From positions 576,001 through 640,000 of the forward strand of contig OZ223302.1 of assembly GCA_965140705.1 (NCBI GenBank): DNA of 64,000 nucleotides, given 5' to 3'. The stretch comes from an uncultured Arcobacter sp. (lineage in GTDB: Bacteria > Campylobacterota > Campylobacteria > Campylobacterales > Arcobacteraceae). The translations under genes were made by a program, and so were the position numbers. Under the pieces are notes generated by a model. That model worked only from the letters and a program-made list of their open reading frames with translations. It was not told where the DNA came from and did not search any database. Below, piece by piece: positions 10,167 to 20,535 of the stretch; position 1 is the stretch's first letter, and every line of letters begins with the position of its first letter.

Positions 10167-12641
10167 TTACACCTTTTTTACATTTGCACTTGTAAATCTA
10201 TATCCATCAAAAAGAGCTTTTGTATTTAACTCTTTTTCAAAACTTGATACATATGCAATTTTCCCTGATACTTGATTATCAGCATAAACACTTACTTCTA
10301 TTTCACTTCCATTTGCACTTAAAAGTACTTTATCTCCAGCGCTTAATTCCAACTCTTCTAAAAATGCCTCATTTGCAAACATTCCACTTTCTAAATTATC
10401 TTTAAACTCATGGGCTATTGCTGTGAATTCATTAAATTGATTGATTGGATTTGCTTTATAAATAGTTATTTCTGAAGAAGCAACTTCAAAACTTACATTT
10501 TGTTTTTGGGCTATTTCATCACTTGCTTCCATATCAAAAGTATTTAAAATATAACCTCTATGTTCACTCCAATCATTTGCAAAGTAGTTAGTTAAACTAT
10601 CAAATTCAACTGCTTGGAATCCTTTATCTACTGGTAAAGATTTTGTATATGAAATGGTATGTTCAACTTCTGTTCCTAATAAACTATTTACAATATCATT
10701 TAAGACATAACCTTTATATGGTAAAGCTGCATTTGTAGGAACAACTCTTTTATCTATATTTGTAAATGTCCCTTCTTGTTGATTAAGGGCTGGCATATCT
10801 AAATCTCCATCCCCTAAAGCTGATAGTTGAAAGTCTGCTTTTACATTGTACCCTACGCAATAACTTCCTTCAACTTCATCTAAATCACAAATCAAACTTA
10901 CACCTAAAGTATTTGTAGAAGTAGGAATAATCACAACCTTAAATTGTGTATATTTTTCAACTACTGCTGCTAATTTTGCAAGATTTTGTGAATTTGGATG
11001 AGTGATTAAATCTTCACCTAAAATCAAGGTGTAGCTATCTTTTTTATCTTTCATAGTTTCAATAGTTTCAAGCAGTGTTGCATCTGCATTTATCTCATCA
11101 AGTAATCTTGTATATTCATACTCAACTTCTTTTGTAACTTTTTTAGGAACCATTTTAGTTACTTCTTTTTCTTCACCACTCTCTTCATCTTTTACAATAG
11201 ATACTACTTTTTCTTTTATCATCTCTGTAACTGATTTTAATCTTGTCTCTTTATATGAGTTAAGTGTTGTTTGAATAGCTTCTGGTAAATCTTCACCAAA
11301 TCTATCTAAGATAAAGTATAAAATAGACTCTTCAGCTAAAGGCTTGTGGTAAATGAATTCTGTAGTTTTTCCTCTTTTACCACATTGTTCCATCACAGGG
11401 TCACCCATTGGATGAAAATATAATCCAGCTCCTTTATTTATAACAACTGAATTATTAAAAGCATACTTTGTATTTGGAGAATCAGATTTTAAATAAGACC
11501 CAACAGAAACCACAAAGTTAGAATTATGTATATCTTTTAAATCTGCACTATAAAGTGATCTACCACTAACACTTGAATATGCTTCAAGGAATTTTTTATA
11601 AGCTAGGGCATCACTATTTACAAGTTTATATCCAAAATTCTCTTTTAGCTTTTGTAAAATAAGAGCCTCTTCATTTGTAATAAAAGAGTTAAACTTAATA
11701 GTATCTGCTTTTTTAAAGGCTTCAATTGCTTTATCAAAAGCTATTTCATCTTGACTTTCAACTCTATTTTCAAAGTCATATCCAAATCTAGCAGCTCCAT
11801 TTATTGAAGCATAGTGATGCTCATTTGTAACCCTATAGATTTTTTGTACATTATGATTTACTATTGACTCATGTTTCACTTCATAATAAAGCAAGGCACA
11901 ATCACTTGAGTGAGGGTTTGCTGCTGGTATTTTTGTAAGCTCCCATGAGTTTGATTTATATTGGAAATCATTTGATACAAGTGCTCCTACAGGACAAACA
12001 GAGATACACTCTCCACAATCAACACACTTATCTTCTTCAAACCCTATAAGTGATTTATTTAGTTTATTCCACATAGCATATGCATCTTTTGGCATACTTG
12101 CTTTAAACACACTAGGAAGAGAATCAGCTCCTCTTTTTACAGTTGATAAAGCATTTGAACCAATCATATCTTTACATACTGTTACACACTTCTCACAAAC
12201 AATACAAAGTCCTGGGTCATAATTCATTACTCCCCAATGTTGTCTTGGTCTATTTACATCTCTTATGGCATAACTTTGAGAATCTACTTTTTGATAAAGA
12301 GTATAGTTTTGAAGTTCACAATCACCACTTTGGTCACAAACTCCACATTGTAATGGATGATTTACATCATAAACTTCCATTACTGCTCTTCTTTCTTTTT
12401 CTATATTTTCAGTTGTAGTTATGATATTCATACCATCTTTTGCTTTTGCATTACAGGCATAAATTTGTTTCCCATCAGATTCAACTAAACATAATCTACA
12501 GGCTAATGTTGGTGAACATCTAGTTAAATAACAAATTGCAGGTATAAATATCCCATTTGCACGAGCAATATTTAATACAGTATCACCCTCTTTTGCCTTT
12601 AACTCTTTGCCATCAATTGTTAAAGTAATCAAGTCACTCAT
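10167..12641 (-). CDS. nuoG: NADH-quinone oxidoreductase subunit G
   Basis: IPAICY...ACRLCLVE, HPLQCGVCDQSGDCELQ, CIVCEKCVTVC and CVDCGECISVCPVGAL Fe-S motifs. Confidence 0.96.
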   Translation of the reverse strand: MSDLITLTIDGKELKAKEGDTVLNIARANGIFIPAICYLTRCSPTLACRLCLVESDGKQIYACNAKAKDGMNIITTTENIEKERRAVMEVYDVNHPLQCGVCDQSGDCELQNYTLYQKVDSQSYAIRDVNRPRQHWGVMNYDPGLCIVCEKCVTVCKDMIGSNALSTVKRGADSLPSVFKASMPKDAYAMWNKLNKSLIGFEEDKCVDCGECISVCPVGALVSNDFQYKSNSWELTKIPAANPHSSDCALLYYEVKHESIVNHNVQKIYRVTNEHHYASINGAARFGYDFENRVESQDEIAFDKAIEAFKKADTIKFNSFITNEEALILQKLKENFGYKLVNSDALAYKKFLEAYSSVSGRSLYSADLKDIHNSNFVVSVGSYLKSDSPNTKYAFNNSVVINKGAGLYFHPMGDPVMEQCGKRGKTTEFIYHKPLAEESILYFILDRFGEDLPEAIQTTLNSYKETRLKSVTEMIKEKVVSIVKDEESGEEKEVTKMVPKKVTKEVEYEYTRLLDEINADATLLETIETMKDKKDSYTLILGEDLITHPNSQNLAKLAAVVEKYTQFKVVIIPTSTNTLGVSLICDLDEVEGSYCVGYNVKADFQLSALGDGDLDMPALNQQEGTFTNIDKRVVPTNAALPYKGYVLNDIVNSLLGTEVEHTISYTKSLPVDKGFQAVEFDSLTNYFANDWSEHRGYILNTFDMEASDEIAQKQNVSFEVASSEITIYKANPINQFNEFTAIAHEFKDNLESGMFANEAFLEELELSAGDKVLLSANGSEIEVSVYADNQVSGKIAYVSSFEKELNTKALFDGYRFTSANVKKV

Positions 12642-13444
12642 TCTTCAACCTTTTCAATTTTTACTTGCTTATACCGATATCCTAAAGATAAGAAACTATT
12701 ATCTTCTTCTCTTACACCACAAATTGCAATAGTCCCTTGCAAGTTTTTATCTAATACAAAAGTTTTTTGCAAAGATTCTTTTCCATAATTTAAAATAATA
12801 TTGTCTTTATCTTCTATCTTTGCAACCCTAGCAAATGATTCACTTCCATATACAATACCTTTATCTTCAGCTGTATTATATTTATAAATCACTGTTCCAT
12901 TGTATGAACTTAACTCTTCTACCTCTTCAAGTGTCTCATCTGAAGTTATTTCAACAGAAGTTAATAAAACTATATTAAAATCAGTAAACTCTTCAAAAAC
13001 TTTTAACATAGAGTATAGATTTTTTACTCTTTTATGGCTAAATAAATCTTCTCCCACTATCAAAGTTTTAGTTTTTTTATCTACAGATCTTTCAACCATC
13101 TCTTCAAACTCTTCTTCACCTGCACTACTTTCAGCTGAAATATAACCATGATCTAAATCATTTAAATACTTCTGTAAAGAATCACTTCTATTTTTTGCAA
13201 AGAAATCTAAAAGTAAAGCTAATACTCCCTCTTCACTTCCAACTTCATACTTCATAAATTGTGTATAAAAGATTTTTAAATCAATATCATCAATAGGATG
13301 CATATAAATAAATTCTGCTTCATTTTTTGCAATAGCTTCTAAAATCAAATCTTTGACTTCTTCATTATCTCTTGAAATCATAGAGCCTAAACATATAATG
13401 TAATCACTTTTTGAAACTATTTCTAGATTTGTATTTTTATTCAT
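12638..13444 (-). CDS. Campylobacterota complex I subunit occupying the nuoF position (NuoY-like); resembles the NuoG C-terminal domain
   Basis: Lies between the NuoX-like gene and nuoG; no FMN/NADH motif; self-similar to the NuoG C-terminus (YMHPIDD vs YFHPMGD, LIVGEDLFSH vs LILGEDLITH); likely ATG at 13444 overlapping the upstream stop. Confidence 0.75.
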   Translation of the reverse strand: MNKNTNLEIVSKSDYIICLGSMISRDNEEVKDLILEAIAKNEAEFIYMHPIDDIDLKIFYTQFMKYEVGSEEGVLALLLDFFAKNRSDSLQKYLNDLDHGYISAESSAGEEEFEEMVERSVDKKTKTLIVGEDLFSHKRVKNLYSMLKVFEEFTDFNIVLLTSVEITSDETLEEVEELSSYNGTVIYKYNTAEDKGIVYGSESFARVAKIEDKDNIILNYGKESLQKTFVLDKNLQGTIAICGVREEDNSFLSLGYRYKQVKIEKVEE

Positions 13445-13739
13445 CGTCATCATCTTCATCTTCTTCGTCTATTTCTTTTTTTGGTTCTTCTTCAAATGGT
13501 TTTATTTCTGGTTTTACTTTTTTTACAACTATTGTCCAATCTACTTCATTGAATTTTAAAGAGTTCATTAAAGTGTATCCAGCTTCATAAATCACATCTG
13601 CTGATTTTTGAATATGTGAAAAATCTCCTATTTCAAAAAGAAATATTGCATTTTCACCATCTTTTATATCTTTATCCATAAGTTCTAGCATTCTAGAGTA
13701 GAAATTATCTTTTAATGGTCTTAAATCATATCTTTTCAC
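13437..13739 (-). CDS. Campylobacterota complex I subunit occupying the nuoE position (NuoX-like)
   Basis: KRYDLR...FLFEIGDFS...LMNSLKFNEVDWTIVVKK, typical of the epsilonproteobacterial NuoE substitute; GTG at 13739 with GGAGG RBS; acidic tail. Confidence 0.85.
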   Translation of the reverse strand: MKRYDLRPLKDNFYSRMLELMDKDIKDGENAIFLFEIGDFSHIQKSADVIYEAGYTLMNSLKFNEVDWTIVVKKVKPEIKPFEEEPKKEIDEEDEDDDDE

Positions 13740-13751
13740 AAATCGCCTCCG

Positions 13752-13790
13752 TAGCTTCACTTCGTTCAGAACACTTCGGTTCCGAAGCTA
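13752..13790. repeat. Small GC-rich REP-like palindromic intergenic element
   Basis: TAGCTTC...GAAGCTA outer stem, CTTCGG-TT-CCGAAG inner palindrome and CACTTCG(G)TTC direct repeat. Confidence 0.55.
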
Positions 13791-13827
13791 AAAATATAAA
13801 GTAGTTTATTTTTTTCACGCTTCTCAC

Positions 13828-15054
13828 CTATCTATCAATCTCACCAAAAACTACGTTCAAGTTACCAATAACAGTAACAACGTCAGCTAATTGGTGACCA
13901 ACTAATATTTCTTCTAAAATAGAAGTATGCCAAAAAGAAGGTGCTCTTAGTTTCATCTTGTAAGCATAAGGACTTCCATCACTTACAATCATAAATCCTA
14001 ACTCACCCTTTGGTGATTCTGTTGCAACATAAACTTCACCACGAGGTGGTCTCATACCTTGAGTTACTAAAACAAAGTGTTGCATCAAGGCATAATTTTG
14101 AGTCATAATATCCTCTTTTGTAGCAGAGATATATTGGGGCTCATTTGCCATAAGTTGTGAAGGAGAAGCTTTATACATAGGAATTAATTGTCTTAATATT
14201 TTTGATGATTCTCTCATCTCTTGCATATGAATTTGGTATCTAGCAAAACTATCTCCAGCAGTTGCTATTGGTACATCAAAATCAAGTTCTGGATATATTC
14301 CATAAGGCATCTCTTTTCTTAAATCCCATTTTTGACCAGTAGCTCTCAATATTGGTCCCGTACATCCCCAAGATTTTGCTGTTTCATTATCTATTACTCC
14401 AACATTTTCAAGTCTCATTCTCCAAATTCTATTATCTGTCAAAAGTCCTTCATATTTTGGAATTTCTACTGCTAGTATGTCTAAATATTTTTGTAAATCC
14501 TCACACCAATTATCAGGTAAATCTAAAGGTACTCCTCCAATTCTAACAGCACTATGAGTAAGTCTTGCTCCACAATAGTCTTCTATCAAGTCTAAAGCAA
14601 ACTCCCTTTCCCTAAAGGCATATAAAAATACAGACATAGCTCCCACATCTAAAGCATGGGTTGCTAACCAAAACAGATGGGAGATTATTCTATTTAGCTC
14701 TATTAACATAGTTCTAATGATTTCCGCTCTTCTTGGTGCTTCTATTCCTAATAGTTTCTCAACTGCAAGGGCATAACCATAGTTATTTGAAGTAGCAGCA
14801 ATATAATCCATTCTGTCTGTTGTTGGTAAGAATTCATTATAAATCATATTCTCACCCATCTTTTCCATACCTCTATGTAAATATCCAATATGAGGTCTTG
14901 CTTTAACTATCTCTTCACCTTGCAATTCTAAGATAAGTCTCATTTGTCCGTGAGCAGATGGATGTTGTGGTCCAAAATTGACCACCATAGTATTATCTTC
15001 TCTCTCAAAGTTTATATTTTCAAAAAAAGGTTTTAGTCTATTGGTTTGTTGCAT
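13828..15054 (-). CDS. nuoD: NADH-quinone oxidoreductase subunit D
   Basis: [20 protein letters not shown] and ESPKGE motifs; C-terminal FGEIDR. Confidence 0.97.
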   Translation of the reverse strand: MQQTNRLKPFFENINFEREDNTMVVNFGPQHPSAHGQMRLILELQGEEIVKARPHIGYLHRGMEKMGENMIYNEFLPTTDRMDYIAATSNNYGYALAVEKLLGIEAPRRAEIIRTMLIELNRIISHLFWLATHALDVGAMSVFLYAFREREFALDLIEDYCGARLTHSAVRIGGVPLDLPDNWCEDLQKYLDILAVEIPKYEGLLTDNRIWRMRLENVGVIDNETAKSWGCTGPILRATGQKWDLRKEMPYGIYPELDFDVPIATAGDSFARYQIHMQEMRESSKILRQLIPMYKASPSQLMANEPQYISATKEDIMTQNYALMQHFVLVTQGMRPPRGEVYVATESPKGELGFMIVSDGSPYAYKMKLRAPSFWHTSILEEILVGHQLADVVTVIGNLNVVFGEIDR

Positions 15055-15057
15055 TAT

Positions 15058-15879
15058 CTACCTTCTCTCATCTAATGTTTTTGATTTTTTCTCATCAAAA
15101 TCTTTAACAAGTCGTTTTCCAAAAAGTTTAACACCACCCTCTTCTGTATAAGCAAGAGGTGTTTCTTTTTCTTCTCCCTCAACTATTGGTGTTCCAAAAG
15201 GAACTTCATGCCCCAATCTTGCAAATCTTGTAGTGTCATATCTATCAATAGCTGCATCATCTCTCTCTTCTGGACCTATCTCTTCCCTTGCTTCTTTTCC
15301 AAAGATATGGTCTACTTCATACCATTGTGCAACTTCATCACCATGTAGGGGATATATTTTTCTTAAAGGGTGGTCATACCAATCATCTGGCATAAGTATT
15401 CTTTTCATATTTGGGTGATTTAGTACTTTTACCCCATACATATCATACATTTCTCTCTCTGACCAGTTTGCCATTTTAAATAAAGAGTAAACTGATTCTA
15501 TACTTTCCTTCTCTTCAATAAAACATTTAACTCTCATTCTTTTATGTTTATTCATAGAAAGCATTTCATAAAAGATTTCAAAACCTTTTCTAGTAGCTAA
15601 ATAATCTATTGCTGATAGTTCCATAAGCATGTCATATTCTAACTCTTCTTTTAAAAGTTTTAGTGTAGTTAGATTATTTTTGGGGTTTATATATATTACT
15701 AATTCATTATTTTCAATATATGCCTCTAGTATTTGAACTTTTGAACTTATTACTTCAATATCTTTTTCATAAATTTCATCACCTCTTGGATCAGTTCTAG
15801 GAACTATAGGTGATACAAAAAATCTATCATTGTAATATGATTTTTTTTGTACATTATCTTTAGGAGTATATTTTCTCAT
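15058..15879 (-). CDS. nuoC: NADH-quinone oxidoreductase subunit C
   Basis: [13 protein letters not shown]...[13 protein letters not shown]...HPLRK motif. Confidence 0.96.
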   Translation of the reverse strand: MRKYTPKDNVQKKSYYNDRFFVSPIVPRTDPRGDEIYEKDIEVISSKVQILEAYIENNELVIYINPKNNLTTLKLLKEELEYDMLMELSAIDYLATRKGFEIFYEMLSMNKHKRMRVKCFIEEKESIESVYSLFKMANWSEREMYDMYGVKVLNHPNMKRILMPDDWYDHPLRKIYPLHGDEVAQWYEVDHIFGKEAREEIGPEERDDAAIDRYDTTRFARLGHEVPFGTPIVEGEEKETPLAYTEEGGVKLFGKRLVKDFDEKKSKTLDERR

Positions 15880-16388
15880 TATACTAACCTCTTTTTCTTT
15901 TTAGATAAAAATGAAGATTCTCTTCTTATTTTCTTTTGAAGCATCATAAGAGCATATTGTAAAGTTTCAGGTCTTGGAGCACATCCAGGAAGATAAATAT
16001 CCACAGGTATTACTCTATCTACTCCTTGAACAGTGGCATAGGTGTTAAACATCCCACCTGTATTTGCACATGAACCCATAGAAATAACCCATTTAGGATC
16101 TGGCATTTGGTCATATAGTCTTCTCATATATTCAGCATGTTTTTTTGTCAAAGTACCAGCAACAATAAGCACATCTGCTTGTCTTGGACTTGCTCTAAAG
16201 ATAGTTCCAAATCTATCAAAATCGTATCTTGAAGCACCAGAGGCCATCATCTCGATTGCACAACATGCCAAACCATAAGTCAAAGGCCATAAAGAGTTAC
16301 TTCGTCCGAAGTTTACAATTTTGTCAACAGTTGAAAGAGCAATAGGTGCTCCACCGTCTTGAAAATATTTTATTTTATGCTGTGCCAT
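15879..16388 (-). CDS. nuoB: NADH-quinone oxidoreductase subunit B
   Basis: [23 protein letters not shown] and PGCAPRPE motifs. Confidence 0.97.
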   Translation of the reverse strand: MAQHKIKYFQDGGAPIALSTVDKIVNFGRSNSLWPLTYGLACCAIEMMASGASRYDFDRFGTIFRASPRQADVLIVAGTLTKKHAEYMRRLYDQMPDPKWVISMGSCANTGGMFNTYATVQGVDRVIPVDIYLPGCAPRPETLQYALMMLQKKIRRESSFLSKKKKRLV

Positions 16389-16759
16389 TCAAGCGCTCCT
16401 TTTTTCCATGCATAAATAAAGCCTATAGTTAGTAGAACAATGAATAAAATCATCTCCACAAATCCAAACCAACCTAGAACTTTAAAATCCACAGCCCATG
16501 GAAACATAAAAATAATCTCGATATCAAATAAAATAAATAATAAAGCCATAAGATAAAACTGTACAGAGATAGTATTTGGCTGTTTTGTAACTTCTGGACC
16601 ACATTCATAATATGTAGTTTTTAGTTTTTCTGTATCTAGCCTTGCCATTTTTCTGCTTACAAGCCTTGCTAACCAGACTGTTGCAACAAAGGCACCAAAG
16701 GTTAGAACAAACATAATAAAAACACCAAAATACGGATGAGAGGAATCCATATGAGTCAT
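16370..16759 (-). CDS. nuoA: NADH-quinone oxidoreductase subunit A
   Basis: YECGP, FILFDIE and [10 protein letters not shown] motifs. Confidence 0.96.
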   Translation of the reverse strand: MTHMDSSHPYFGVFIMFVLTFGAFVATVWLARLVSRKMARLDTEKLKTTYYECGPEVTKQPNTISVQFYLMALLFILFDIEIIFMFPWAVDFKVLGWFGFVEMILFIVLLTIGFIYAWKKGALEWHSIK

Positions 16760-17112
16760 AAGTATATCCTTAATTTATTTATATTCAGAGAATTTAGTTT
16801 TTTCAGTTTAAGTTATATTCAGTTAGATATTAGCAAAATGCTTTTAAATCTAGACTTAATATTTCTGTACATAAAACATGCATCTAATAAAAAATTTATT
16901 CCATATTTACACACTTTTACGAAAAAACTCTTCTATTATGGATTTATAATAAGCTTAGCTTAAAATAAAATAAACAGTTTATATTAGTTTTTTTAATAAT
17001 TACTTCCAAAGTTCTATATATGCAATATTTATTCCATTATTTTACTCTTAACTCTTTTAAACTATAGAAATAACTTTTTAGAAATGGGAAAAAATGAAGA
17101 TATTATCATCAG

Positions 17113-17151
17113 TATTTTTTGTAGTTTGTCCAAATGTTACTACAAAAAATA
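17113..17151. promoter_or_regulatory. Perfect 13-bp inverted repeat upstream of the nuo operon
   Basis: TATTTTTTGTAGT-N13-ACTACAAAAAATA. Confidence 0.45.
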
Positions 17152-17175
17152 GAAATGTCGAAGTAAAAAACTAAA

Positions 17176-17199
17176 ATAAGTACTCTTTCGAGTACTTAT
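17176..17199 (-). terminator. Intrinsic terminator of the AAA ATPase gene
   Basis: ATAAGTACTC-TTTC-GAGTACTTAT hairpin just after the stop, followed by a T-rich run on the minus strand. Confidence 0.7.
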
Positions 17200-17212
17200 A
17201 AAATAGCTCTTC

Positions 17213-18946
17213 TTAAAAAAATCCAACTTTATTTTCAGAGTCAAATTGAGATTTTTGCTCTTTTGTAATATGCTCTTGGAAGTCTTCCATTTTGAAAATT
17301 GGATCGTCCATAACTGCCACTTTATAAGCAGTATTTTTAATCACTAACTCAATTTGCCCACCAGTTAGTTCGATTTCTGATATTTTATTTATATCAAAAT
17401 CTTTATCCAAGGGGATATTTTCTGGTAATAATTTTTTCCAAAGCTCTAGTCTTTGTTCTTTGTTTGGTTTTACAAACTCTATTTTATAATTGAATCTTCT
17501 TGAAAATGCTTTATCCAAACTCTCTAAAAGGTTTGTAGTAGCTATTAATATTCCATCAAATCTTTCAATTTGTTCTAAAAAGATATTTTGCATCTGGTTG
17601 TGCATCTTATCACTACCACTTGTAGATTCTGTTACCCTTGAACTTAAAAATTGATCTGCTTCATTAAGTAAAAGTATTGGTTCACTTTTAGTTCTATCTC
17701 TAATGTCATTATATGTTTCAAAGATTTTTCGAACATTTTTTTCACTCTCACCCACATACATAGATAAAATTTTAGAACAGTCAAAGGCTAAAACCTGTTT
17801 TTTTAAGGATTTTGCCATAGCTAAAGCTGTAAGGGTTTTACCAGTACCTGCGATACCATAAAAAATAATTCTGGCATCAATTCCTTTTTTTCTATCTTTG
17901 ATTCCCCACTCTTTAAGTCTATTTACTACTTTTTTATCAACTTGTTGTAAAAGGGCATCAAGTGTTTCTCTTGTCTTTGGATTTAAAACAACATCTTCCA
18001 ATGTCTTATCAGTAGAGATTAGTTCAAACATATCTTGTTCTTTTATTACATTATCAATTTTGATTTTTGAAGTTCTTGTTTTCTTTTTTGCAGGGTGTGA
18101 GATTTTATATAAAACTTCATCTGGAATATAAAAGTTTCTATTTATACCACCAAAGGGAGTAAGCATCTCATCATAATCCACAAGTCCAGTTGAAACTAGT
18201 TTTGAGCTCTCTTCTAGTAAACTTCTATTTTTGATTTTTTCATAATCATCATGGGAAATCAAATCAATAAGTGAATTCATATCTCTTATTGATTCATCAC
18301 CACCTGAATATTCCTCTTTTAATAGAGCTATAAATATCATTTGCTCTTGTTCATTTAGGTCATTTTCTTTGAAAAATCCCACAAGCATGATTTCATTTGG
18401 TGTTGCTATTACTCTCTCTTTTATTCTATTTTCCAAAAGTGTAAGTTTTGATTTTAGTCTTTTTATATTTGGTGATTTTTCATCAAAATTGTGTTTAACC
18501 ACATTTAATTTTTGTGCTAAATCTATTTTGAAAAACTGGTCTTGTAAATACTCCAAGTGATCACTATATTTTGTAACCTCAGGTAAAGACATATCCATAG
18601 AGCCATCTTCCATAAGTTTTAAAAATGAGGGGGTTAAAGATACACTAGAGTTAAGCAACTCCAACTTTGATAATTCACTTAGTTTTACAGGTGTAAATGA
18701 ATTTTGAACTAACCATCCTAGTTCAAGTAACGATTTGATAACTTCTAGTTTCTCTAGATGCTCATATTTTTTTACATCATAAAATTCTGATAAAATATCA
18801 ATCACCATCAAAGCATCTCTTCCACTTATATACTCTTTTGTAAGATATTGAAGTATTTTTCCCTCTTCTAGGTTACACTTCAATTGTACAAAAAGGTCCT
18901 CTTTTTGTAAGTCTATGCTTTGTATAAATTTAATTAATTCGTTCAT
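17213..18946 (-). CDS. AAA-family ATPase
   Basis: Walker A GIAGTGKT, Walker B variant LLLNEAD and SRH ATTNLLESLDKAFSRRF. Confidence 0.9.
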   Translation of the reverse strand: MNELIKFIQSIDLQKEDLFVQLKCNLEEGKILQYLTKEYISGRDALMVIDILSEFYDVKKYEHLEKLEVIKSLLELGWLVQNSFTPVKLSELSKLELLNSSVSLTPSFLKLMEDGSMDMSLPEVTKYSDHLEYLQDQFFKIDLAQKLNVVKHNFDEKSPNIKRLKSKLTLLENRIKERVIATPNEIMLVGFFKENDLNEQEQMIFIALLKEEYSGGDESIRDMNSLIDLISHDDYEKIKNRSLLEESSKLVSTGLVDYDEMLTPFGGINRNFYIPDEVLYKISHPAKKKTRTSKIKIDNVIKEQDMFELISTDKTLEDVVLNPKTRETLDALLQQVDKKVVNRLKEWGIKDRKKGIDARIIFYGIAGTGKTLTALAMAKSLKKQVLAFDCSKILSMYVGESEKNVRKIFETYNDIRDRTKSEPILLLNEADQFLSSRVTESTSGSDKMHNQMQNIFLEQIERFDGILIATTNLLESLDKAFSRRFNYKIEFVKPNKEQRLELWKKLLPENIPLDKDFDINKISEIELTGGQIELVIKNTAYKVAVMDDPIFKMEDFQEHITKEQKSQFDSENKVGFF

Positions 18947-19034
18947 TTAATAGTTATTCCTGTTTTTGTTATATCTGTAAAATTTACTTCCATAAATATC
19001 AATAATACATTAAAAAATCTTAAAAGAAGATACT

Positions 19035-19391
19035 CTATTTTAATCTTTTATTTAAGCCCTCATAAAAAGTATCGGAGTCAACTTTTTCTTTAAAATATAA
19101 CTTCTCATTTCCTTTAGATGTATTGATTAAAATATTTTTCTTATCTCTTTTTATTTTTTTTATTTCATCATACTTAATATATACATTTTTTGTAAAATCT
19201 ATATTAAATTGATTATTTATAATTGTTATATTATCTTTACATAAGCCTTTAAATCTTGATTTATATTCATAAATTGTATTACAAGAGTGGTTTTTATAAA
19301 ACTCTTCTATCATATTTATATTAGATGAGTCCATATATAAAACCCAAGCAATGGCAACCAAAAATGGAGAAAACAAAAGAAGTAAAATCAT
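19035..19391 (-). CDS. Hypothetical membrane-anchored protein
   Basis: N-terminal hydrophobic segment; AGGA RBS upstream. Confidence 0.65.
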   Translation of the reverse strand: MILLLLFSPFLVAIAWVLYMDSSNINMIEEFYKNHSCNTIYEYKSRFKGLCKDNITIINNQFNIDFTKNVYIKYDEIKKIKRDKKNILINTSKGNEKLYFKEKVDSDTFYEGLNKRLK

Positions 19392-19521
19392 AAAGTAGTT
19401 CCTAAAATTTTTTTTATTTTACATGAGTTTTTATTAAAGTAGATTATGAAAATATAATTAACTAAAGAGATAATTTCTTCTCCTTAGTCAAAAGATGAGA
19501 TTTTGTAATTGATTTTAAATA

Positions 19522-20094
19522 CTAAAGAGAAAAAGATTTTTCTATCATATCTTTTATTTTTTCTTGTAAATCAGGATTTTTATCTAAGATTTTTAAACTA
19601 TTATAAATCTCTAATAATTCTGATTCATCAAATATTGAAATATCATCAGCTGCTGCATATACAAATTCAAGTTTTATGTAATCAACATTTTCATCACTTG
19701 TAGTTTTTACAGAGATTTGACTATTTGCAAAGGCATTTTTTTGTATGTTTTTTACAATATCATCACTAAAACTCAAAGGAAGATTAGGATTAATTGCTAT
19801 ATGAATAAAGATTTTATTGCTTCTTATTTTTATAGAATCAATATCTACACAATCATAATGTTCATAAATTATCTTATCGCTTTTAGCAAATAAATCATAC
19901 AAAGGACAAACATCAAGTACATTTTTCTTTTTGAACTGTGGTAATGCTGATATCATAAGAAAATAGTTATTAAATTGTTTTCTATCAAGTGGTCTTGCTA
20001 CTATTTTTTTATGTTCAAAACTACTATTAAAAAGTGTCGCTGTTCTATTTAAATCAAGAGTGTTGTTATTTTTTTGCTCATTGTTGTTTATCAT
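19522..20094 (-). CDS. Hypothetical protein, possibly a degenerate IS200/IS605 TnpA (Y1 HUH) fold
   Basis: 190-aa ORF with AAGG RBS; motif spacing resembles TnpA but the HUH histidines are missing (by-eye comparison only). Confidence 0.55.
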   Translation of the reverse strand: MINNNEQKNNNTLDLNRTATLFNSSFEHKKIVARPLDRKQFNNYFLMISALPQFKKKNVLDVCPLYDLFAKSDKIIYEHYDCVDIDSIKIRSNKIFIHIAINPNLPLSFSDDIVKNIQKNAFANSQISVKTTSDENVDYIKLEFVYAAADDISIFDESELLEIYNSLKILDKNPDLQEKIKDMIEKSFSL

Positions 20095-20262
20095 AAACCA
20101 TACCTTTATTGTCTTAGGTTTATTATATATTTTTGAAGATTTTTTTAAAATGATTTTTTGTGTGAAAAGAGAGGAATTAGAGATGAAAAAGAGTTTCTTA
20201 AACTATTTTTAAGCAAAGTAATTCGTTTTAGACTGATTTTTTTGATTTAAAATTATAAATCT

Positions 20263-20518
20263 CTCTTGAGCACCCTTCGGCTGTCTCGTTCCTTTCTTCT
20301 TTGGTGGCAAAGAAAATAACATGCACGAACAAAGTGAGCAAATTCTACTTGAAGATAAAGAAAACTCTCAACGGCTTCATCGGTCTTCGACTTCCCAAAT
20401 CTTATGACTATGATTTGCTTTCAAATAAGACTTAATAATTCAGCTCAACGCACAAAATTTGCCTTGTTATTTAACACAAGTTTTTCTCTGTTTCGATGTT
20501 AAATTTAAGGGATAAGGA
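20263..20518 (+). repeat. Structured non-coding element, left copy (inverted relative to 28140-28376)
   Basis: Ordered blocks CTCTTGA / TTTGGTGGCAAA / CAACGGCTT / GTCTTCGAC / GATGTT / GGGATAAGGA correspond to the reverse complement of the right copy. Confidence 0.75.
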
Positions 20519-20535
20519 TATGAAATCATTTACTT

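Noticed and set aside
16736..16963. 75-aa plus-strand ORF upstream of nuoA
   Set aside because: Low-complexity translation of the AT-rich nuo promoter region, overlapping the nuoA start; no homology cues.
17213..18946. Walker B variant (LLLNE) suggesting an inactive or defence-related AAA ATPase
   Set aside because: The catalytic Glu and arginine finger are intact, and the gene lies outside the bracketed cassette, so it looks like a conserved housekeeping ATPase.
20164..20190. GAAAAGAGAGGAA purine run, also present at about 31634
   Set aside because: Short, low-complexity match that is insufficient evidence for a functional repeat.
20263..20518. Possible CRISPR array, tRNA or integron attC interpretation of the structured element
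   Set aside because: No regularly spaced direct repeats, cloverleaf or attC core-site pattern, and no cas or integrase gene in the window.
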